From assembly GCA_028691445.1 (NCBI GenBank), contig JAQUZH010000002.1, positions 1 to 50,803 on the forward strand: DNA of 50,803 nucleotides, read 5' to 3'. Within the stretch, counting starts at the first letter, position 1; each line of letters opens with the position of its first letter. The position numbers were made by a program, and so were the translations under genes. Shown one piece after another: positions 18,230 to 26,221 of this stretch. The notes below the pieces were generated by a model that ran no database searches, was not told the DNA's origin, and was given only the letters and a program-made list of their open reading frames with translations. Source of the stretch: Bacteroidales bacterium. Lineage in GTDB: Bacteria; Bacteroidota; Bacteroidia; Bacteroidales; JAQUTK01.

Positions 18230-19129
18230 ATGAGCCACTCTGTAAAAAACTGGGTCCTATTAACACGACCATGGTCGTTTCCGGCCTCTGCTATGCCAGC
18301 CATCGTGGCCATTTCGTATCTGTTTTTCAAACAATCTGAATTTACTGGCATAAACTGGTACTATGGTCTATTGGCCTTGTTAGGTGCCGTTATTTTTCAG
18401 GCTAGCGGCAATTCGATCAGTGACTATTTCGACTTTAAAAACAACGTTGACACAAAAGAATCATTAGGAACAAACCGCTTGTTGGTAGATGGTGTATTTC
18501 CTCCGAAAGTGGCTTTACAATTTGGCTTTATGCTCCTGACGGCAGGCTCACTCCTTGGTCTCTTTCTCCTGCTTCATTCAGGATGGGATCTGCTTTGGAT
18601 TGGCATCATTGGAGTATTAGGGGCAGCTTTTTACTGTGAGATGAAATATCGGGCTTTGGGCGATCTGTTGATTTTTATCATTTATGGGCCACTCATCGGA
18701 CTTGGAACAGCCTACGTAATGACCGGAACACTCATCTGGACTGTTGTGCTTATTACAATTCCGATTGCATTTCTTGTGGTCAATATTCTGCACGCCAATA
18801 ATACCCGTGATATTCGCGATGATCGTAAAGCAAATATTAAAACGCAAGCGATTCTTCTTGGAGAAAAAGGATCTAAGATTCAATATCTTGTATTGGGATT
18901 AGGAGCCTATATTGGCATCGCATTACTGGTTGCTTTCGGTTTGTATCATCCTTTGACTTTGTCTGTTTTTATCACCTTACCGATCACGCTGAAAAACATC
19001 AAGCAGATGCAAACAGCCCAAATAGATAAGCCTGAACGAATAGATAACCTTGACGAACATTCCGCAAAGTTAGTAATGGCATTCGGCATTATCCTCTCAT
19101 TGTCAAACTTCGCAGCCGCTTGGTTATGA
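18230..19129 (+). CDS. UbiA-family membrane prenyltransferase, MenA-like (1,4-dihydroxy-2-naphthoate polyprenyltransferase-like)
   Basis: 299 aa, polytopic. Two Asp-rich UbiA motifs are present (NSISDYFDFKNNVD and NNTRDIRDDRKANIKT), and the second resembles the MenA NN.RD...D motif. Confidence 0.75.
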   Translation: MSHSVKNWVLLTRPWSFPASAMPAIVAISYLFFKQSEFTGINWYYGLLALLGAVIFQASGNSISDYFDFKNNVDTKESLGTNRLLVDGVFPPKVALQFGFMLLTAGSLLGLFLLLHSGWDLLWIGIIGVLGAAFYCEMKYRALGDLLIFIIYGPLIGLGTAYVMTGTLIWTVVLITIPIAFLVVNILHANNTRDIRDDRKANIKTQAILLGEKGSKIQYLVLGLGAYIGIALLVAFGLYHPLTLSVFITLPITLKNIKQMQTAQIDKPERIDNLDEHSAKLVMAFGIILSLSNFAAAWL

Positions 19130-19740
19130 AAAAAATAATTATCCCTTTCATTGTAGCAGCCCTACTTTGGTTTGTCATGTTCTCACCATGGACCAAAGAG
19201 TACGTAAACTTTTGGATCACGATGGGTTTTTCCGCAACCATCCTGACTGGCATGAGTATCTTCTTGGGTAACAATTTCAAGCAACAATTTTCATTATCAG
19301 GAAAAGATCTAGCTATCGGCGTTGTTTCTGCTGCCGTCTTGTACGTAGTATTCTTTCTGGGGAATTTCTTCTCCACCTTATTATTTGATTTTGCCAAAGA
19401 GCAGGTAGGAACTATCTACCAGATGAAAGAGGGTGAAAACCCACTGTTTCTGGTTCTGCTGCTTGCCATCCTAATCGGTCCGGCGGAGGAAATCTTCTGG
19501 CGAGGATTTATCCAACGTACATTAATAGGGAAATACGGTGAATGGACTGCATTGATAGCCACGACACTCATCTATGCATTTGTACATCTATGGTCGTTCA
19601 ACTTTATGCTGATAATGGCTGCTATGGTTTGCGGAGCATTTTGGGGTTTACTTTATAAATACAATAAAAACTTAGTCACAATTATTGTCTCTCATGCCGT
19701 ATGGGACGTCTGCGTGTTTATTCTATTTCCAATAGCATAA
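19126..19740 (+). CDS. CPBP (CAAX protease / bacteriocin-processing, Abi) family intramembrane metalloprotease
   Basis: Conserved CPBP motifs EEIFWRGF, FVH and HAVWD lie in a polytopic protein. The track ORF starts at a TTG (19120). The ATG at 19126 overlaps the UbiA stop as ATGA. Confidence 0.8.
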   Translation: MKKIIIPFIVAALLWFVMFSPWTKEYVNFWITMGFSATILTGMSIFLGNNFKQQFSLSGKDLAIGVVSAAVLYVVFFLGNFFSTLLFDFAKEQVGTIYQMKEGENPLFLVLLLAILIGPAEEIFWRGFIQRTLIGKYGEWTALIATTLIYAFVHLWSFNFMLIMAAMVCGAFWGLLYKYNKNLVTIIVSHAVWDVCVFILFPIA

Positions 19741-19781
19741 GAACACAACAAACAATCCCAACGGCAAAAAAAAGCAAAAGG

Positions 19782-21878
19782 TTATTTTTTCCAGATACAC
19801 CTATAGTTAAACCGTCTATTGGGAGCAGTATCACCATTGGTACAAAGCGAAATCGGATCTTCCAACTCAGAGGCATTGTCGCTCCACTTAAAATCAACTA
19901 CAAATCTATCGTTAGTGAGACCCAGCAGATTGCGGGGAACTGCCACTTCTAGCTTGTTGCCTGCACATCGATAGGCTAGAGAAGCTACTTCAACCCATGG
20001 GTTACCTGCATGATCAGCATCGTAGTGCATCAGAGTTGTGCTTTTTTCATTGTTCACACGCTTATTAATCAGATAATCATATCCATACCAGCCTGTTTGA
20101 GGGTTATTATCGGCATCAATCAGCAGCAGCATCCAGTTGGCATCCGTGTAAGAAGTAATCTTCCCGTTTGTTTCCGCATAAAAGTAGAGATTCTTTTTGT
20201 CCACAGCGACTTTGCCGGTAACAATATCATTTCTGCCGGACGTGTTGGTATAATGCAATCCTCCATAACCATTATGGTCACGGTGAATGACATCACCCTT
20301 GGTGTCACGGTACTCAGTCTGCACCTTATCCCACTGCGCAAACGAACCATCGAGTATGATTTTTGAATAACCTTTTTGTTCAGGGATCGGTCGTATCCCT
20401 TTATATCGGCGGATGTTTTGGGCCATCTGCATATAATAGTTGTCCGTATAGCCACCCTTCATCGGATGAATACCCCGGTTAAACTCAGAATTATACTGAT
20501 CCACAAAAAAGAAAGAATTATCGCGTCCGAGCCAGGGAGTCGTTTTGCCACCATCCGGTTGATATTTCCCTGCTGTCCACTCATTCCAGTCATTGATGTA
20601 TAAAAACTCCGGATTAGCTTCAAGGGCTTCATCCCATCGTTCTTGGAAATAGATGCCATAGCCTTCAGGATGTTCCACCGTCTTTTTCAGCCAAGGCACA
20701 TAAGTAGCTTCCGGCAGATCATACGCATTCAGTTTAGGTTCGCCATTCTTTCTTGACCATGACTTACCAACTCCCATATTCTCTGAAGTCATGGTAACTG
20801 GATGTTGCGCAGTCGTAACAGCGGCCTGTTCCCGCTTTCCATTGTGCGTAGAAAGCAGTTCTTCGGGTTTCATGGCTTTTACTTTGGGGTCGGCCATACT
20901 ATAGCCAAAACTCCAGTTATCCTCTGTACCAACAAATCTTTCACCTGCCCATTCATAATAGCCCCACCACATAGTACGTAGCGTAAAAAAGGCTTTCACC
21001 TCCTTGGTATAGTCTTTATAGTTTTCTTCTGCATAATCCGGATTACCATAGTGGGGATGAGTAGGATCAGTTTTAGCCAAAGGCTCATAATGCGGATTCG
21101 GGTTTTTCACTCCTCCACCATTAGCATCCATCGCAGGATTGCCATTGTAGAGCAAAAGAGGCTTTCCGTCCCAGTGGAACCACAAATCTTTGTATTTCTC
21201 TTCTTTGAAGATCCGGTCATACAGATCCTGAACAACAGTAATCACCGGTCCGTTGAACGCCCAAAAACAGAATTGAGGCACCTTGTTACCTTCGGCTTTC
21301 ATCTTTTGCATGGTAGTAAAGAGCACCTCCCACTCATCCCAATACCTCACTGCATTGGTCACATCCATGACCAAGACATCAACACCGGCATCAGCAAGCA
21401 TGGAGATATCCTTACGAATCACATATTCATCCTGACTAAGAAAATAGCCCATTTCAGGTTCGCCCCAATGATACGAGCCTTCTGTCCAGAGAGGATGTTT
21501 CGCATCCATTCGCGCTTTGGGATCCTTTTCGAGCACTTTAGTGACATCGGCAGCATACGGACTTTTGAAATTAGTATAATGGTCTTGCGTATGCCAGGTG
21601 ATGTAAAAAATGCCAACAATACGACGTTGATCTTTCTTTACAGCTCCAACTGCTGAATAGTCCGGCATTGAACGGCCAAGGGCATCATTGGCAACCCAAG
21701 TATCCGGAAAGAGATCTCGATAGTCAGTCGCCAATGAAAGAGAGTCGGGGTCTACAGTGGCCGGAACTTCCTTTTCAATCAAGGGGCAGGTCTGTTCTTT
21801 GGAGTGACACGTGGTACTATTGAATCCAAGTAGCGCTACAACAAAAGCTGCTAAACGGAGCAAACTGACAGTCTTCAT
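19782..21878 (-). CDS. Secreted/lipoprotein-like 698-aa protein: putative glycoside-hydrolase-like TIM barrel (GH99/GH71-like pattern) plus C-terminal beta-sandwich; family unassigned
   Basis: Signal peptide with a possible lipobox Cys (ALLGFNSTTC). The segment IVGIFYITWH....GYFLSQDEYVIRKDISMLADAGVDVLVMDVTN resembles the strand-loop pattern of GH99/GH71-type barrels, but no catalytic motif is recognised with certainty. Only 25 nt separate it from the upstream GH20 gene. Confidence 0.45.
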   Translation of the reverse strand: MKTVSLLRLAAFVVALLGFNSTTCHSKEQTCPLIEKEVPATVDPDSLSLATDYRDLFPDTWVANDALGRSMPDYSAVGAVKKDQRRIVGIFYITWHTQDHYTNFKSPYAADVTKVLEKDPKARMDAKHPLWTEGSYHWGEPEMGYFLSQDEYVIRKDISMLADAGVDVLVMDVTNAVRYWDEWEVLFTTMQKMKAEGNKVPQFCFWAFNGPVITVVQDLYDRIFKEEKYKDLWFHWDGKPLLLYNGNPAMDANGGGVKNPNPHYEPLAKTDPTHPHYGNPDYAEENYKDYTKEVKAFFTLRTMWWGYYEWAGERFVGTEDNWSFGYSMADPKVKAMKPEELLSTHNGKREQAAVTTAQHPVTMTSENMGVGKSWSRKNGEPKLNAYDLPEATYVPWLKKTVEHPEGYGIYFQERWDEALEANPEFLYINDWNEWTAGKYQPDGGKTTPWLGRDNSFFFVDQYNSEFNRGIHPMKGGYTDNYYMQMAQNIRRYKGIRPIPEQKGYSKIILDGSFAQWDKVQTEYRDTKGDVIHRDHNGYGGLHYTNTSGRNDIVTGKVAVDKKNLYFYAETNGKITSYTDANWMLLLIDADNNPQTGWYGYDYLINKRVNNEKSTTLMHYDADHAGNPWVEVASLAYRCAGNKLEVAVPRNLLGLTNDRFVVDFKWSDNASELEDPISLCTNGDTAPNRRFNYRCIWKK

Positions 21879-21903
21879 GTTACAAATCTTTCTTTTTCAA
21901 CGA

Positions 21904-23523
21904 TTAATACTTATCCAATTGCGTCTTTAAATATCCTTTCTCTTTCCATATCACCTCTATCTTTTTGAATCGCTCTCTGAAATCTGCAAAGTTCTTCGTT
22001 TCGTACGAAGTCCATCCACACTCAGCAAGAGCAGCTATTCGCGGGAAAACCTGGTAATAGAGTCTGTCGGTGGTTGGCGTAAATTCGCCCCATGCCTGAC
22101 AGCCAAAACCATAAATCTTAGATTGATCCTTGTTAGCTATTCCTTCGGGAATTGGATTAAACGAATAGGCTTTTTCGAAAGAGATCCCATCATACGGATA
22201 ATCAAGGTAGGTGAACAACCTGTTGGAATTGACCACATCATACCCTTTTGCAATGGCTTTATTCACCAAAGTGATTTCGCCATCCCAAAACTGAACAATG
22301 GTGCCCGGTGCCAGTTTTTCAGACTGACTAGCTTGCATATGGGCTTCTCCCCGGATATTATCACCGGTAATCTCATTCCATCCAATCATCCGACAACCCT
22401 TGGATGCCAGATAGGCCGACAAACGGTTATTGGCATAAAGCTGGAGATCGGAAAAGGTCGGGATATTCTTTTCTTTCATAAATTGGCCAATCTCCTCTGA
22501 GTTCTGCCAATGTGCGTAGTTAGCCTCATCGCCACCGATATGAACAATCTTTGAGGGAAAGAGTGTGATCACCTCATCCAGTACATTGTGAATAAATGTC
22601 TCGACTTTCGGATCAGTCACATTGTAAAGATCTCCCCACACCGCCTTATTCTCTTTACGGCTCGAAGAGCCCAACCAAGGATAGGCAGCAATAGAAGCAG
22701 ACGCATGGCCCGGCACCTCGATCTCTGGTATAATCTTTATACCACGGTCGGCGGCATACTTGACAACCTCACGAATTTCATCCTGTGAATAATACATCTT
22801 ACGGGTTGAATAAGCACTATCCCATTGTTGTGGAGTGAGGTTTGGGGTCGTATAATCTCGTTTCGAACCCACTGTTGTCAGTTCGGGGTATTTTTTTATC
22901 TCGATTCTCCATCCGGGATCGTCCACCAAATGCCAGTGGAAAGTATTCATCTTCAAACGCGCCATCTCATCGAGCAGTCCTTTTACGACTTCCATTCCCT
23001 GAAAATGGCGACTTTCATCCAACATAAAAGCACGCCAGGGGAATTGAGGAGCATCAGAAATCGTACATCCCGAAATAATTATCCCGCCATTTTTCTTTTC
23101 CGTTAATTGAAGCAAGGTCTGCATACCGTACAGAAGACCTTCTTTCGAGTTGGCCGTGATAATCACCTTTTCAGGAGCAGCAGAAGGGAGAACGGCCAAC
23201 TGATAGGCTTCATTCGTTCCAGTAAACTTCTTTTCCAGTTTGACGACAAGCGTCGCCTTCTTTTCATTCTTCACATACTCCGGATTAATACCCGATTCTT
23301 TCAAAATAGAAGTGATATATCCGACGTTTAATGAGGCCTTTTTATCAAGATAGACCTTCATAATTCCTTCTTTTAGTACGAGGTCAGATTGTATAGGTTG
23401 GATACTTTTGGGAAGAGGCAGCACTGAAACACCCGTTTCCTGAGCGTGCAGACTGTTTGAAAACAAGAACGTTAAACAGAGGAATAACGTAATACACATT
23501 GTGTAGGAGATCTTTCTTTTCAT
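21904..23523 (-). CDS. Beta-N-acetylhexosaminidase, GH20
   Basis: 539 aa with a signal peptide. GH20 hallmarks are present: RAFMLDESRHF, NTFHWHLVDDPGWRIEIKKYPELT and the catalytic HIGGDE. Confidence 0.9.
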   Translation of the reverse strand: MKRKISYTMCITLFLCLTFLFSNSLHAQETGVSVLPLPKSIQPIQSDLVLKEGIMKVYLDKKASLNVGYITSILKESGINPEYVKNEKKATLVVKLEKKFTGTNEAYQLAVLPSAAPEKVIITANSKEGLLYGMQTLLQLTEKKNGGIIISGCTISDAPQFPWRAFMLDESRHFQGMEVVKGLLDEMARLKMNTFHWHLVDDPGWRIEIKKYPELTTVGSKRDYTTPNLTPQQWDSAYSTRKMYYSQDEIREVVKYAADRGIKIIPEIEVPGHASASIAAYPWLGSSSRKENKAVWGDLYNVTDPKVETFIHNVLDEVITLFPSKIVHIGGDEANYAHWQNSEEIGQFMKEKNIPTFSDLQLYANNRLSAYLASKGCRMIGWNEITGDNIRGEAHMQASQSEKLAPGTIVQFWDGEITLVNKAIAKGYDVVNSNRLFTYLDYPYDGISFEKAYSFNPIPEGIANKDQSKIYGFGCQAWGEFTPTTDRLYYQVFPRIAALAECGWTSYETKNFADFRERFKKIEVIWKEKGYLKTQLDKY

Positions 23524-23558
23524 GATGAATGAGTTAGTTGATTTCTATGGTAATGGTG

Positions 23559-23566
23559 CAAAGTTA
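23559..23566 (-). promoter_or_regulatory. Candidate -7 box (TAACTTTG on the minus strand) for the GH20 operon
   Basis: Plus-strand CAAAGTTA is the reverse complement of TAnnTTTG, 36 nt upstream of the GH20 ATG (23523). Confidence 0.4.
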
Positions 23567-23609
23567 TGCGATATACGATAGGGAATACTTTAAATTTTGA
23601 CCGAATTAC

Positions 23610-23623
23610 TGTCAGATCTGACA
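23610..23623. promoter_or_regulatory. Perfect 14-bp palindrome TGTCAGATCTGACA, candidate operator in a divergent promoter region
   Basis: Self-complementary over all 14 positions. Each edge is exactly 44 nt from the first base of a divergent -7 box (23566 on the minus strand, 23667 on the plus strand). Confidence 0.4.
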
Positions 23624-23666
23624 ATTGAAACAGGGAATATAGTATTGGTAAAATAAAAAAGTATTG

Positions 23667-23674
23667 TATGTTTG
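23667..23674 (+). promoter_or_regulatory. Candidate -7 box (TATGTTTG) for the AraC-family regulator gene
   Basis: TAnnTTTG match 30 nt upstream of the ATG at 23704. Confidence 0.45.
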
Positions 23675-23703
23675 CATATTGATACTAAATTAACCTGTTA
23701 GAA

Positions 23704-24594
23704 ATGAATGCCAACGAGAGCCGTATCATCCATGAAATTACTCCTTTATCTGATAAGGACTGTTTTTACATTGCTGAACGTTATAAGAAAGACTTCACCT
23801 ATCCCATCCATTGCCATCAGGAATTCGAGCTCAACTTCGTGGAAAACGGAGCTGGCGTGAAACGTATTGTAGGTGATTCCGTAGAGGTTATTGAAAATTA
23901 TGATCTGGTGCTTATTACAGGGAAAGACCTTGAGCACTCTTGGGAACAGCATGAATGTCGTTCGAAAGAGATTCGTGAAATAACGATACAGTTTTCTTCG
24001 GATCTTTTTTTCAAAAGTTTTATTCATAAGAATCAGTTTGATAGTATCCGAAAGATGTTGGAGCAGGCACAAAAAGGACTCTATTTTCCGATGTCTGCCA
24101 TACTGAAGGTCTATCCTTTACTCAATACACTTGCGTCAGAGAGTGAGGGTTTTTATTCTGTCATAAAGTTTCTTTCCATACTCTATGAACTATCACTTTG
24201 TAACGATGCCCATACCCTTGCCAGTTCGTCATTTGCAAAGACCGACATTCATTCCGATAGCCGGCGGGTACAAAAAGTGCAGGATTATATCAATGAAAAT
24301 TACAGAGAAGAAATACGACTCTCAAAACTAGCGGATCTTGCAGGAATGACTTCGGTATCATTCAGCCGTTTCTTCAAACTGCGCACAGGGAAGAACCTAT
24401 CTGAATATATCATCGACATTCGTTTGGGCTATGCGACACGTCTGCTTGTTGACTCCACTCAGACAATAGCGGAAATCTGTTATGATTGCGGTTTCAATAA
24501 CATATCCAACTTCAACCGAATCTTTAAAAGAAAGAAAGGATGTGCTCCGAAAGAGTTTCGCGATAATTACAGGAAAACGAAGAAGATTATTTAA
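23704..24594 (+). CDS. AraC/XylS-family transcriptional regulator (N-terminal cupin-like sensor + C-terminal double HTH)
   Basis: 296 aa. The C-terminus LSKLADLAGMTSVSFSRFFKLRTGKNLSEYIIDIRLGYATRLL...IAEICYDCGFNNISNFNRIFKRKKGCAPKEFR is a canonical AraC-type HTH pair. The N-terminal FTYPIHCHQEFELNFVENG fits a cupin/AraC-binding fold. Confidence 0.9.
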   Translation: MNANESRIIHEITPLSDKDCFYIAERYKKDFTYPIHCHQEFELNFVENGAGVKRIVGDSVEVIENYDLVLITGKDLEHSWEQHECRSKEIREITIQFSSDLFFKSFIHKNQFDSIRKMLEQAQKGLYFPMSAILKVYPLLNTLASESEGFYSVIKFLSILYELSLCNDAHTLASSSFAKTDIHSDSRRVQKVQDYINENYREEIRLSKLADLAGMTSVSFSRFFKLRTGKNLSEYIIDIRLGYATRLLVDSTQTIAEICYDCGFNNISNFNRIFKRKKGCAPKEFRDNYRKTKKII

Positions 24595-24619
24595 TTTCCT
24601 GGCATCTTTTTACTGAAAG

Positions 24620-24645
24620 GTTAAGATAGTGTCATCAATGGATAA
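24620..24645 (+). promoter_or_regulatory. Site A of a conserved 26-bp direct-repeat element (GTTAAGATAGTGTCATCAATGGATAA), candidate activator operator
   Basis: Same element, in the same orientation relative to the downstream gene, as 32315..32290 (GATAAGATAGTATCACCTTTCGATAA) and 39015..38990 (GATAAGATAGTATCACTTTCTGATAA). The G(A/T)TAA half-sites repeat at 21-bp spacing. In every copy the last base is 32 nt from the first base of a -7 box. Confidence 0.55.
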
Positions 24646-24676
24646 ATAAAGTGTAGCATGTAGATCAGGGAGTGTC

Positions 24677-24684
24677 TACATTTG
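24677..24684 (+). promoter_or_regulatory. Candidate -7 box (TACATTTG) of the GH5-GH130-symporter-epimerase operon
   Basis: TAnnTTTG match 48 nt upstream of the ATG at 24732. There is no good -33 TTTG at the expected place, consistent with activator dependence. Confidence 0.5.
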
Positions 24685-24731
24685 CACCCACAAAATGTTG
24701 ACATTCGATAATACTATTAATATCAGACAGT

Positions 24732-26051
24732 ATGAAACATCTTCTAACCATTTTCTTCCTTCTATCTTTCTTTTCCGGAAGTATTAAAGCACAAAAGACC
24801 TCTCCTTATGTTCATGTAGATAAGGGTCATTTTGTGCGTAATGGTTCGCCGTATTATTATATAGGAACAAATTTATGGTATGGTGCAATCCTGGGATCCG
24901 AGGGTGAAGGGGGAAACCGTGCGCGACTTGTCAAAGAACTGGACTATTTACAATCTCTCGGAATAGAGAATCTGCGTGTCCTGGTTGGCGCCGATGGAGA
25001 AAATGGTGTAAAATCAAGAGTGGAGCCTACCTTGCAAAAGTCACCTGGGATATATAACGACACCCTTCTTGCCGGACTGGATTATTTGATGCAAGAGCTG
25101 GGCAAACGCAAAATGGTTGTAGTGCTTTATTTAAACAACTCATGGGAATGGTCGGGTGGATATTCCATGTATCTTCAATGGTCCGGTCATGGTAAAGCGC
25201 CTGTTCCTTCGACGGACGGATGGAATGCATTCACGACTTATGTGAAACAGTATCAGCAGTCTGACTCTGCAAAAGCTCTTTTTCGGAATCATGTGAAATA
25301 TATCATCTCCCGCACAAACCGCTATACAGGAAAGAAATATGTGGATGATCCTGCAATCATGTCGTGGCAGATTGGCAATGAGCCGCGTGCTTTTTCGAAT
25401 GAAAACAAAGTACTTTTTGCGCGCTGGATAGCCGATGTGGCTGCTCAAATCAAAAGTCTGGACAAAAACCACATGGTCTCTACCGGTAGTGAAGGATTAA
25501 AGGGCTGCGAAGAGGACCAGCAACTCTTCGAACAGATTCATTCCCTTAAAGATGTTGATTATATAAATATTCATGTATGGCCTTACAATTGGGGATGGGT
25601 GGGGAAAAATAACATCACAGAGAAGTTGGCTCTTGCCAAGGAGAATACGAAAGCATACATGGAACAACATCTGGTTATTGCACGTAAATATCAGAAGCCA
25701 CTGGTGATGGAAGAATTTGGTTTCCCAAGAGATGGATTCCAGTTTGGCAAAGAGAGTACGACGGTGTCCCGTGACTCTTATTATACCTATGCCTTTGAAC
25801 TAATTACAGCGAATAAGAAAGCAAACGGTTTATTTGCAGGATGTAACTTTTGGGGATGGGGTGGATTCGCCAATCCGTCAACTGAACATATCTTTTGGCA
25901 AAAAGGAGACGATTACTGCGGCGATCCGGCTCAAGAAGAGCAAGGTTTAAACTCTGTCTTTGCAACTGACAAGACGGTACAGGTAATAAAGAAATCTATT
26001 CAACAACTTAACGCAGTGGATGGGAAGGAGACAAAAACCGCTCTGATGTGA
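24732..26051 (+). CDS. GH5-family endo-beta-1,4-mannanase-like glycoside hydrolase (secreted)
   Basis: 439 aa with a signal peptide. Clan GH-A catalytic motifs are present: acid/base WQIGNEPR and nucleophile LVMEEFG. The N-terminal FVRNGSPYYYIGTNLWYG pattern is typical of GH5 mannanases. The operon context is mannan catabolism. Confidence 0.8.
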   Translation: MKHLLTIFFLLSFFSGSIKAQKTSPYVHVDKGHFVRNGSPYYYIGTNLWYGAILGSEGEGGNRARLVKELDYLQSLGIENLRVLVGADGENGVKSRVEPTLQKSPGIYNDTLLAGLDYLMQELGKRKMVVVLYLNNSWEWSGGYSMYLQWSGHGKAPVPSTDGWNAFTTYVKQYQQSDSAKALFRNHVKYIISRTNRYTGKKYVDDPAIMSWQIGNEPRAFSNENKVLFARWIADVAAQIKSLDKNHMVSTGSEGLKGCEEDQQLFEQIHSLKDVDYINIHVWPYNWGWVGKNNITEKLALAKENTKAYMEQHLVIARKYQKPLVMEEFGFPRDGFQFGKESTTVSRDSYYTYAFELITANKKANGLFAGCNFWGWGGFANPSTEHIFWQKGDDYCGDPAQEEQGLNSVFATDKTVQVIKKSIQQLNAVDGKETKTALM

Positions 26052-26221
26052 AGAGTGTATGCAGAGATTATTCTGCTATACGTGGCTGGATAACGTTCCT
26101 TTCGAGCAGAAACGGCAGGAGATCATTGCACAATAGAATCGTGGCGAACTTAATACCCAAGGATGTCTCAAAGATATACAAATAAAAGCTTAAAGATATA
26201 CGGAATAAAACATAGAAATAT

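Noticed and set aside
24615-24640. On the plus strand, site A (GAAAGGT-TAAGATAGTGTCA-TCAAT) and site B (32295-32318, GAAAGGT-GATACTATCTTA-TCAAT) appear to share identical flanks around an inverted core. This superficially looks like an invertible DNA segment or a recombinase switch.
   Set aside because: The core contains a short dyad (GATA-N-TATC), so it reads similarly both ways. Aligning site A to the reverse complement of sites B and C gives the better overall match: 26 nt, 21-bp-spaced G(A/T)TAA repeats and the same 32-nt spacing to the -7 box. No flanking inverted repeats of switch length and no invertase gene are present.
26052-26221. 170-nt gap between the GH5 and GH130 genes with a 60-aa ORF (26163-26345). 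I checked it for an internal promoter, terminator or riboswitch.
   Set aside because: No stable hairpin, TAnnTTTG box or copy of the 26-bp element was found. The small ORF overlaps the GH130 start out of frame and has no features. I treat it as an ordinary intra-operon spacer.
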